Positions 29,091 to 37,489 of a DNA stretch of 64,000 nt are shown here, piece by piece. How positions within the stretch are numbered: the stretch's first letter is position 1; each line of letters opens with the position of its first letter. The translations under genes were made by a program, and so were the position numbers. Origin of the DNA: an uncultured Gemmatimonadota bacterium (lineage in GTDB: Bacteria; JAAXHH01); NCBI GenBank assembly GCA_951812955.1, contig OX638340.1, forward strand, positions 1,024,001 to 1,088,000, in the 5' to 3' direction. The notes beneath the pieces were generated by a model. It was given only the letters and a program-made list of their open reading frames with translations, was not told the origin of the DNA and ran no database searches.

Positions 29091-30167
29091 TTGCATACCT
29101 CCGAAACGATCGCAACCCCCATGGCCGACGCAGATACCGTACACCGTACCGGGCACGCTCCGGGTGGCCTACCCCCCTTCCCGGAAGGCTGGTACCTGGT
29201 AACCACGCGCGAAACCCTGTTGCGGGAAAAACTGATCGAGAAGATGTGGATGGGGGAGAACATCGTCGCATGGTGTGACGAGGAAGGCCGTATCTGCGTG
29301 GCCGACGCGGTTTGTCCGCACCTGGGTTCCGACCTGGGACCGCAGGTCGGCGGCAAGATTCACGGTGGCCGCCTGGTCTGTCCGTTCCACGGGTTCGAGT
29401 TCGATGCGACGGGTCAATGCGTCGCGACGCCCAACGCCCCGGCGCCGAAAGCCGCGAAACTGACCGTGTATGAAACCCGTGAGATCTCCGGCCTGGTCTT
29501 CGCGTGGTACGGAATCGACGGCCGTCCCGCGCACTGGCACCTGCCGGACGATCCTCCGACCGGTAACGAGTGGGGCGAACTGGGATTCAGAACCCTGCGT
29601 TTTCGCAGCCATCCACAGGAAACGGCGGAGAACTCCGTGGATATCGGACACCTGCGCTACGTACACGGCTATGACAATGTGGACCCGGTCGGCCCGGTGA
29701 CGGTGGACGGAGCCTACCTGAGGAGCTGTTTCAACTTCAAGCGCGTCCGCAGCATTATGGGCTTGAAGGACCTCACCTATGAAGTATCGGCCGTCGCCCA
29801 TATCCACGGTCTGGGATACTCCTATGTCGAAGTCCACGAAAAAACGATCGATATGCACTTGAGACTGTGGGTACTGCCCACGCCGATCGATGGCAGCCTG
29901 ATCGATCTCGTACTGGCGGGCCAATTGCAGGGAATCCGCAGACCCCGGCGTTTCATCTCGGGCCTGGGGTTCCTCCCCATGGCGTTGCGCAACCGCTTGA
30001 TGAAGCAAATCATGCTTTCACAGCAAAAACGGGACGTACTGCAGGACGTGGTGATCTGGGAACGAAAGCAGTTTCGCACGCCGCCCCGGCTGTGCAAGGC
30101 CGATGGGCCCATTGGCCTTTACCGGCGCTATTGCCTGCAGTTCTATCCTGAACAACCGAAAGCCTGA
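29091..30167 (+). CDS. Rieske [2Fe-2S] non-haem iron oxygenase (KshA / cholesterol-7-desaturase / SdmA-like class)
   Basis: The Rieske motif is CPHLGSDLG...CPFHGFEF (CxH...CxxH), followed by a catalytic-domain-sized C-terminus. The TTG at 29091 is preceded by GGAAGGA. An alternative ATG lies at 29121. Confidence 0.8.
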   Translation: MHTSETIATPMADADTVHRTGHAPGGLPPFPEGWYLVTTRETLLREKLIEKMWMGENIVAWCDEEGRICVADAVCPHLGSDLGPQVGGKIHGGRLVCPFHGFEFDATGQCVATPNAPAPKAAKLTVYETREISGLVFAWYGIDGRPAHWHLPDDPPTGNEWGELGFRTLRFRSHPQETAENSVDIGHLRYVHGYDNVDPVGPVTVDGAYLRSCFNFKRVRSIMGLKDLTYEVSAVAHIHGLGYSYVEVHEKTIDMHLRLWVLPTPIDGSLIDLVLAGQLQGIRRPRRFISGLGFLPMALRNRLMKQIMLSQQKRDVLQDVVIWERKQFRTPPRLCKADGPIGLYRRYCLQFYPEQPKA

Positions 30168-30255
30168 CCAATGCGACCCTTATCGGAGACAGGTAGAAGG
30201 TGGTCCGGTCCTGGAGGAGACCGCTCAAGCCTGCTGATATCTGCCGCTCTATAAG

Positions 30256-31050
30256 CTATCCGCCGTCCTCCAGCTCAGCCAGAGTCTCCAGCACCCCCTG
30301 CTGGATGAACTCCTCGTAGGCGTCCCGTGTCGGTAGTTCGGCCGCCTTCGACAGCATTTTCGTGGCCCGCGCCCGGCCGTCCTCGCGATCAAGATATGGA
30401 AGCCTGAGCGCATATTCAAACAGCACGACCTTCGAGTCCGGAGCTAGCTCCAGAGCCCGCTCGTAATGGATGACGGCGTTTTTCCGATTCCCCTTGTACA
30501 AGAACCGTGCAACGCGCCCGGCACGTGCGATGTCGGCGTGCCAGCCCCCTAAGGCCATATGCGCCTCTGCGAAGTCGGGGGAGATGGTGAGCGCGGTCTC
30601 GAGCAAATCGCGTGCCCTGCCCGCCAGACCTCGGCGAAATGCAGTTAGTTTACCGATACTCTGTGCATATCGGCCAACAGCGTGCGCGGATTGGAAATAT
30701 GCTTCGGAATTGGTCGAATCGATGCGCACTGCTTCTTCCCCGTACTCTATCGCGCGTTCCAAAATACCGTTCCGGTCCTCCTCAGTCGCCACATGGTGGC
30801 CGTACACCGCGAGCGATTGCGCCGCAAGGGCGTAGCCTTCGGATGTACCGACGGCTGACGCGAGATCCGCCGCCTCGAGAAAACGGCCTTCCTCGAAATC
30901 GGTCCTTGCTTCATCGATCGACTGCGCGTTCGCGCCAGCCGGGTCGGCCAGGCTGGCCGCAATAATCACGAATCCCGCAACTGCCACGAAACGGACAACT
31001 GCCGCGAATCCCGCAACGACTGCGAAACGGTAAAACTGGGTAAGGGTCAT
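30256..31050 (-). CDS. secreted/periplasmic TPR (Sel1/TPR-like) repeat protein
   Basis: 264 aa. A hydrophobic N-terminus ends ...PAGANA|Q, followed by helical repeat segments (...AEAHMALGGWHADIA..., ...AVIHYERALELAPDS...). Confidence 0.6.
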   Translation of the reverse strand: MTLTQFYRFAVVAGFAAVVRFVAVAGFVIIAASLADPAGANAQSIDEARTDFEEGRFLEAADLASAVGTSEGYALAAQSLAVYGHHVATEEDRNGILERAIEYGEEAVRIDSTNSEAYFQSAHAVGRYAQSIGKLTAFRRGLAGRARDLLETALTISPDFAEAHMALGGWHADIARAGRVARFLYKGNRKNAVIHYERALELAPDSKVVLFEYALRLPYLDREDGRARATKMLSKAAELPTRDAYEEFIQQGVLETLAELEDGG

Positions 31051-31208
31051 CTGATATCCCCAGTTCTATTCAGCGGACGGGTACTCGCATCTCGGCTCGA
31101 CGCTTTAGTGTCTTTCAGCGATCAGTCATGCGAATCCACACCATATGGACAAACGCGGTGCTGCCCGACGGCATCGGCTATGGACCGATTCGACTAGGTC
31201 AACGGGGT

Positions 31209-32252
31209 CTAAAGAGGTTTACGAGCCAGGAAACAGTACAGCGGCGTGAAGATACCCGACCTGCCGCCCTCGACATAAGCGTCAGCAGTTCGATCCAGGA
31301 GTCGGACCACTTCCGAATACCCCTTCGGAATCAGACTTAGCGCTTCGGCCATCTTCGATCCTGCGATCACGGCCTTGCGACCCCAAGGGAGCCTGTTCAG
31401 TGCGTTCCCCAAAGTCCCATGCCGACTCTCCATTGGCCGATACCAAGGCGTGGAGGGTTCATTCCGGACGTCTCGGTCCATCCCTTCGATGACGTGGAAT
31501 CCCGCCGCTTCAAGCCCGTGATTCACTTCCCTGAACGTCGCAATGTCGTTCAGCGCAATGCCGCGCATGAGGTCCTGCTCAATGGCCCGGTGCCGGTTGT
31601 CTTTCGGATCGAATTTCTCGGTCAGACACATTTCCTGACCCCAAAACAGGGCTCCTGGTTTGAGTACGCGGAAGATCTCCGCGAAAGCGCGTTCCTTGTC
31701 TGGCGCGTGGCACGTTGACTCGATGGCATAGGCTCGGTCAAACGTCTCGTCCTCAATGCCGCCCATATCCATGAAGCTACACGTCTCGTAATCGACCATG
31801 TGGCCGAGTCCCGCTTCAGCGTTCAACCGCTTTGCCTTATCCAATTGGAGTTCGTTGATGTTGATTCCGACAACCCGGACGCCGGCCTCCCGGACGACGC
31901 GACGCATCGGACCGCCGATTCCACAACCAACGTCGGCCACCGTCATACCCTGCTCCAACTCCAGCTTCGAGATCATCAACCGCTGATGCCGGATTATGGA
32001 TTCCTCCAGGCTTTCATCGGGCTTTAGTGGCGCGAAGTGGAGGGATTCGCTCCAACCCCACACCATTAACCCGCTGCAAAGATCATAGTACTCTTTCACT
32101 GTTTCTGTGTGGTCGTACTCATACGCGCCATCGGCCCCCGGGACCGCCCGGGCTGCCCGGGCGGTCCAGCCTTCAAGGCGCTGCGCGCGACTCTTGACGT
32201 CCGATCCCCGGCTCGCATCTTTCAGTTCTCTGGATAGTTTGCCCATCGCCAT
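31209..32252 (-). CDS. sterol C-24 methyltransferase (ERG6/SMT family, with Sterol_MT_C-type C-terminus)
   Basis: The protein is collinear with my recollection of yeast ERG6. YYDLCSGLMVWGWSESLHF corresponds to YYNVVTDFYEYGWGSSFHF, DVGCGIGGP to DVGCGVGGP, AIESTCHAP to AIEATCHAP, FRVLKPG to YKVLKPG, and C-terminal IFTPLYCFLARKP to LFTPMMLFVARKP. Confidence 0.85.
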   Translation of the reverse strand: MAMGKLSRELKDASRGSDVKSRAQRLEGWTARAARAVPGADGAYEYDHTETVKEYYDLCSGLMVWGWSESLHFAPLKPDESLEESIIRHQRLMISKLELEQGMTVADVGCGIGGPMRRVVREAGVRVVGININELQLDKAKRLNAEAGLGHMVDYETCSFMDMGGIEDETFDRAYAIESTCHAPDKERAFAEIFRVLKPGALFWGQEMCLTEKFDPKDNRHRAIEQDLMRGIALNDIATFREVNHGLEAAGFHVIEGMDRDVRNEPSTPWYRPMESRHGTLGNALNRLPWGRKAVIAGSKMAEALSLIPKGYSEVVRLLDRTADAYVEGGRSGIFTPLYCFLARKPL

Positions 32253-32288
32253 TTCGTGGTATTCCCCTGGTTTTTCGTCTACAAGGCT

Positions 32289-34316
32289 TCAGACTTGCAG
32301 TTCGTGTCTTTGCTCGGAGATGACGAACTGCAGCTTCTTGGTCGGTTTCATAGACGGAAACGGATTGAACCGCAGCTTATAGTTTGCAGGCGACACATCG
32401 ATCTTGAAGTAGTGCGCCAGCATCAGCACGTTGACAGCCAATTGCAGTTCCATCCAACGGGTGCCGAGACACATGTGCGTGCCCAGCCCGTACGGAGCGT
32501 ACCCGGGGCTGCGATGCTCATTGCGCGACGGCAAGTAGCGGTCGATGTCGAAGGAGTGCGGGTCGGGGAAGATGTCACTCATGTAATGCGAGGCGGTCGG
32601 CGCGATGTGGATCCGTTCCCTCATGGGCAGTTCGTATCCCTCAAACACACACGTATTCATCACGTGTCGAACAGACATGGGAACGATCGGGTACATGCGC
32701 ATACACTCCATGAGGAAGCGGTGCGTGACGTCAATCGCGGATGGAGTGAAGGCCTCGATGTCCGGAACGCCGTTCCCGAATACGTCATCGGCTTCATTTC
32801 GGATTTTCTCGTAGAGTGCAGGCTGCGACGCCATGGCATAGACTACCAGACTGAACGTGTCACCAAGGTACACGCTGGCGATCAACGCCGCAGAAAAGGC
32901 AAACCGCAGGTTGGCCTCCGGGAGGAATTGCGGGTCGCTCGCGTGCAGGCTAAGGTAATCGTCCACCAGGTCCCGCGGTTTTCCGGCCCGTTGGGCGGGG
33001 GTGTGGCCCTCCTCGACTCTTTTCATCAGTGTATCAAGGGATTTCGCCCGGCGTTTCATGCCCGGGGTGTTCAGCGTGAACTCGGGCAGCATCCTGGCGA
33101 TATGCACGCTGAGCGCCCGTTCCTTGTACTGCATCAGATCGTCCATCAGGTCCTGCGTGTCGATGCCGATAAACAGGGGCGAGAGTTGGGCGTTTATCAT
33201 CTGCCGGCACATGGACGTAGCAGAATAGGAATCGCCGACATTCAAGCTTGCCATGTATTTCCAGGCATGATGGTAGAGCTTGTCCAGCTGCCCCGCAAGT
33301 CTCCCGCGTGAATACGCTGGAGACAAAGACTTGCGCAGGCGGAAATGGTCGGCGCCGTCCAGGGAAGGCAAGAGGCCGGAAGCGCCGTAGACTTTCTCGA
33401 AGTCTCTGAAATAGTCCTTGGCACTCAGGTACATGCGCCCGTGCTTATGCACCCAGCGGTTTGCCTCGGGTCCGACCAGGAAGACCATGGGCCGGGTGAA
33501 AGGAGGGCGGATCTCAAACACCGGACCGTAGTCCTGCGCAAGGTCCGCAAAGAGCGCGTGGAGGTTGCCGTCTCGAACATGCGGTTGCATCATCAGCTTG
33601 CGTAACGGTACCCTCGGAATCTTCTTTGTAAAACCGGGACGTCGAAGCGTCGGGCCGGCGAGTTTGTGGGAGACTGCTTCGGCGATGGACCGGCCGATCA
33701 CGTCCATCTTGCAGATCAACTCGATGCGTTGCTCCGTCTCGTCATCGAGTTGGAACATGAATCGAAACACATCGCACGTATTGACGAGGCAAATTACGAT
33801 AACGTCTCTCGGGTCGGGGATCTCGTTCATGAAGATCGCCCGGCTGATCCGCGTTCTGATGAACTGACTTGCAGTACTCGAATCGACATCGTTGTTCAAT
33901 TCCATCTTCCAGTCAGTACGGGCCAGCGTCCAGAACTCGCCATCGTGGTGTTCCAGGATCTTCATTTCTACCAGGCGATCCAGAACCGAATCTATAATGG
34001 TCTCCGCTCGGGGGGCCAGCCGTTCGATCCAGTACTGTGTATTGTGCTGATTTGGCTCATTTACGATTTCTTCCAGAATGAAATCGATGGTGGAATTGCC
34101 CGTTGGTGTCTGGTCGAGGACGAACAGAGACCCCGGGTCCGTGTCGATGCGAGATCTGATTGAAAGCTCCGCAAGTGCGGCACCGATTACGGCGCAGTTC
34201 AAATCCCAGCCAGGCACCTGGTGGAAGTAGCCAGTCTCCTCATTGAGGAGCATCAGGATGAGTTCCTGGGTCAAAGTAAGTGATTGGGGCTTCACGTCCT
34301 TTGCAGTATCAGCCAT
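32289..34316 (-). CDS. GPP34 (GOLPH3/Vps74-like) domain fused to cytochrome P450
   Basis: The N-terminal ~200 aa follow the GPP34 pattern (LTQELILMLLNEETGYF...WDLNCAVIGAALAELSIRSRI...PDPRDVIVICL). The C-terminal part has P450 ExxR (ECMRMYP) and haem loop YGLGTHMCLG. The start is taken at the ATG at 34316, which overlaps the RND stop (TAATG); the ORF extends to 34406. Confidence 0.8.
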   Translation of the reverse strand: MADTAKDVKPQSLTLTQELILMLLNEETGYFHQVPGWDLNCAVIGAALAELSIRSRIDTDPGSLFVLDQTPTGNSTIDFILEEIVNEPNQHNTQYWIERLAPRAETIIDSVLDRLVEMKILEHHDGEFWTLARTDWKMELNNDVDSSTASQFIRTRISRAIFMNEIPDPRDVIVICLVNTCDVFRFMFQLDDETEQRIELICKMDVIGRSIAEAVSHKLAGPTLRRPGFTKKIPRVPLRKLMMQPHVRDGNLHALFADLAQDYGPVFEIRPPFTRPMVFLVGPEANRWVHKHGRMYLSAKDYFRDFEKVYGASGLLPSLDGADHFRLRKSLSPAYSRGRLAGQLDKLYHHAWKYMASLNVGDSYSATSMCRQMINAQLSPLFIGIDTQDLMDDLMQYKERALSVHIARMLPEFTLNTPGMKRRAKSLDTLMKRVEEGHTPAQRAGKPRDLVDDYLSLHASDPQFLPEANLRFAFSAALIASVYLGDTFSLVVYAMASQPALYEKIRNEADDVFGNGVPDIEAFTPSAIDVTHRFLMECMRMYPIVPMSVRHVMNTCVFEGYELPMRERIHIAPTASHYMSDIFPDPHSFDIDRYLPSRNEHRSPGYAPYGLGTHMCLGTRWMELQLAVNVLMLAHYFKIDVSPANYKLRFNPFPSMKPTKKLQFVISEQRHELQV

Positions 34317-37300
34317 TAGTGGCCTCCCTTCATCAGACGCAGATGAATGGTAGAAAGAGCGGGAACGACCATCATGAGTATGGCCGTGACGACGAGGATA
34401 CCGCAACCAAGCGATGCGGCAAAGGGAACCAGGAACTGAGCATGAATAGCGCGTTCCAGAATCAAGGGGGTGAAGCCGAGAAACGTAGTCAGAGAAGTAA
34501 GCATAATCGGACGAAAACGTCCCTTTGCGCCCTCTATGATCGCAGTTCGCGCCGGAGCGCCTTCCCTGAGTTTCTGATCGATGAAAACGATCATGACCAG
34601 TGAATCGTTCACAACCACGCCGCTCAGGCCGAATATACCCATGAAGGAGATTGCGCTCAGGGCTACTCCAAGGGCCCAGTGACCAAGGATCACTCCGATG
34701 AACCCGAACGGGATCACCGCCATGATGATGAACGGTTTGGTATAGGATCGTAAGGGGATGGCGAGCAGCACGAAGATCATGATCAGAGCGATCGCAAATC
34801 CGCGATACAGTGCATCCAGGGAATCGAGTTGTTGTTGTTGCTCACCTCCGAACGTGTAGGTCAGGTCCGGGTACACGGCGGTCAATTCCGCGAGGATTGA
34901 ATCCGCCAGGATGCTATTGGCCTGGTCACCGGAGATCACCGCGGCATCCACGTCCGCAGTGACCGTGACGACACGCTGACCATCCTTCCGCCGAATGGCC
35001 GGCGGCGACACGCCCGTGTTCAGCGCGGCCACACTGACGATCGGGACCTCGGCACCGGCCGGCGTACGGATCAGGTACCTTTCGATATCGGTGATGGAAC
35101 TTCGTTCATCGGCGGGCAGGCGCACGTAGACCCGAACCTCTTCACGGCCGCGCTGCACCCGGACGGCATCCGCACCGAAAAACGCGGCGCGCGTCTGTCC
35201 GGCCAACGCTTCCAGCGTGAGACCCAAAGTCCGCGCTTCCGGCCGGAGTTCAAGCTGTATTTCCGGGATACCCGGGGTGTGATCCGAACGGACATCGTAG
35301 ACGCCTGTCACTCCACGGAGACCATCGACCACCGAGTCCGCAATCCGGGCGAGTCGCACCGGATCCGGATGCGACAGCACGGCCTCGACCGGGTTGCCCA
35401 GGTCGAAGACCTCTCCGCTGAAGGTGACACCGCGCACGTAGGGCAGCACACCCACTTCCTCTCGCCATGCCTGCACAACCTCTCCGGTAGTGATCTGCCT
35501 TTGCTCCGCGCTCAGGAGTTTGAACTCGATGGTTGCAATGTTGGCCTGAGGATTAAGGGTGGGGGCTGGATTAAGCCCACCCTCGAGCCTCGAGCCCTGT
35601 CCGACGGTCACCATTACGCCGGTCAGCAGTGGTGGCGCATCCTCGGGGCGGCCGCGCGAAAGCCGATCGACGACCCGGTAACCTGCGGCCTCCAGTTCCT
35701 GTGCCACCTCGTATGTCCTTGGAGCGGTCGTCCCGTCGGGCATCTCCAGGATGACCGTCGCAAAATCCCCCTCCACGTCAGCAGCCAACGTGGTAGGTAC
35801 GATCCCCGCCGGTACCAGCGAGATACTAAGTACGAGTATTCCAACGGCCCCCCCCAGCGTGACCGCGGGCTGATCCGTCGCGAACCGTAACGCTCGGTCC
35901 AGGGGACCCTGCACGAACCGGTTCAGCGACTCGTTCACACGTCCCTGGATCCGCGCGAAGAACCGGTCGAAAGCACTTGTCGGCGTCCATTCCGGACCGT
36001 GCAAACGGGACAGGTGGTTGGGTAGTACCAGCAGTGATTCGATCAGGGAAACAAACAGTATGGCGATAAGGATGATCGGCAGTGCCCGCCATACGTCACC
36101 GACGCCTCCGGGTATGAACAGCAGCGGGACGAAAGCCACCACCGAAGTAAGGACCGCGAAGGTCAACGGCACTTTTATCCGTCGTACTCCGCGTATCGCA
36201 GCCACGACACCGGGCGTTCCCCGACTGCGTTCATATTGAATGTGCTCGGCTACGACGATGGCGTCATCGACGACAATCCCTATGGCGAGGACGAAAGAGA
36301 ACAGGCTGATGGTGTTAATAGCTACGTCGAGTACCATCATGACGGCCAATGTGCCTATACCCGAAACGGCGAGGCCGACGGCGACCCACAATGCAAGCCG
36401 GATTTCCAGAAACAGGCTGAGTGCGATCAACACCAGCAACAGACCCAGGATGCCATTCTTGACGAGAATATCGGCACGTTCCTCATAGGCTTGGGATTCG
36501 TCATTCCACATGGTGATGTGCACACCGTTCGGCAGAGCCGGGATCACCTCGTTTGCCATATGTTCCCGGACAGTCGTGGCGACGTCCATCACTTGTTCGC
36601 CGTTGGCTCGGTACACCTCGACGAATACAGCGGGATGGTTCTGATGCCGAACAATCAGGTCGGATTCCTGAAAACCATCGCGAACCCTGGCGATATCGCC
36701 AAGGCGCAAGGCAGTGCCGTCACTTCTGCTAAGCAGGATGATCTCTTCGAAATCCTGCTGGTCGTAGTTCTGGCCGAGGGTACGAACCCGCACCTGGGAT
36801 TCCCGGGTATCGATACTGCCGGCAGAAAGGTTCAGGGAACTGCGACGAATGGTATTGGCGACATCGGCGAGTGTCAGTCCAAGGGCTCTCAGCCGATGAA
36901 GCGGCACCTCGATGGAGATCTCGTATTTCCGAACACCACTGACCTCGACCTGGGACACGGACGGAAGCGCCGTGAGTCCATCCTCGATCTGATATGCCGT
37001 TTCCTTCAGCGAGCGTTCGGACACGTCGCCGTAGACGATGAACCGTATCATGCTCATACGGTTGTCCATCTCACGGAAACTGGGACGATCGGCACCGGCC
37101 GGGAAAGACTGGATGCGATTGACCGCGGACTCGATATCGTTGAGCGCCTGGACCATGTCCGTACCGAAATCCATTTGAATCCGCACGGATGCTATACCCG
37201 GGGCCGCTACAGACTTGACCGCCTTCACGTCATCCAACCCGCTGACCTGGTCCTCGATCTTGACGACGATCGACTCCTCGACCTCCTCCGGCGTGGCGCC

Positions 37301-37489
37301 GGGATAGGCCATCGACACTTCGATATGGTAGAAGGGAGTAGTGGGCCACGCTTCCCGATCGATGCCGGACAGCGAAATCAGCCCTGCGGCGACGATGGCC
37401 ATCATCAACAGATTGGCGGCCACGCTGTTGCCCGTCATGTAAGCGATCGGACCGGAAGGTTCGTTATGATTTCCGTTGTCCATACTCAT
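34316..37489 (-). CDS. RND efflux transporter permease (AcrB/HAE-type, 12-TM)
   Basis: 1057 aa with AcrB-like architecture and sequence style (...AYPGATPEEVE...VKSVAAPG...). A 4-nt overlap links it with the MFP gene. Confidence 0.9.
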   Translation of the reverse strand: MSMDNGNHNEPSGPIAYMTGNSVAANLLMMAIVAAGLISLSGIDREAWPTTPFYHIEVSMAYPGATPEEVEESIVVKIEDQVSGLDDVKAVKSVAAPGIASVRIQMDFGTDMVQALNDIESAVNRIQSFPAGADRPSFREMDNRMSMIRFIVYGDVSERSLKETAYQIEDGLTALPSVSQVEVSGVRKYEISIEVPLHRLRALGLTLADVANTIRRSSLNLSAGSIDTRESQVRVRTLGQNYDQQDFEEIILLSRSDGTALRLGDIARVRDGFQESDLIVRHQNHPAVFVEVYRANGEQVMDVATTVREHMANEVIPALPNGVHITMWNDESQAYEERADILVKNGILGLLLVLIALSLFLEIRLALWVAVGLAVSGIGTLAVMMVLDVAINTISLFSFVLAIGIVVDDAIVVAEHIQYERSRGTPGVVAAIRGVRRIKVPLTFAVLTSVVAFVPLLFIPGGVGDVWRALPIILIAILFVSLIESLLVLPNHLSRLHGPEWTPTSAFDRFFARIQGRVNESLNRFVQGPLDRALRFATDQPAVTLGGAVGILVLSISLVPAGIVPTTLAADVEGDFATVILEMPDGTTAPRTYEVAQELEAAGYRVVDRLSRGRPEDAPPLLTGVMVTVGQGSRLEGGLNPAPTLNPQANIATIEFKLLSAEQRQITTGEVVQAWREEVGVLPYVRGVTFSGEVFDLGNPVEAVLSHPDPVRLARIADSVVDGLRGVTGVYDVRSDHTPGIPEIQLELRPEARTLGLTLEALAGQTRAAFFGADAVRVQRGREEVRVYVRLPADERSSITDIERYLIRTPAGAEVPIVSVAALNTGVSPPAIRRKDGQRVVTVTADVDAAVISGDQANSILADSILAELTAVYPDLTYTFGGEQQQQLDSLDALYRGFAIALIMIFVLLAIPLRSYTKPFIIMAVIPFGFIGVILGHWALGVALSAISFMGIFGLSGVVVNDSLVMIVFIDQKLREGAPARTAIIEGAKGRFRPIMLTSLTTFLGFTPLILERAIHAQFLVPFAASLGCGILVVTAILMMVVPALSTIHLRLMKGGH

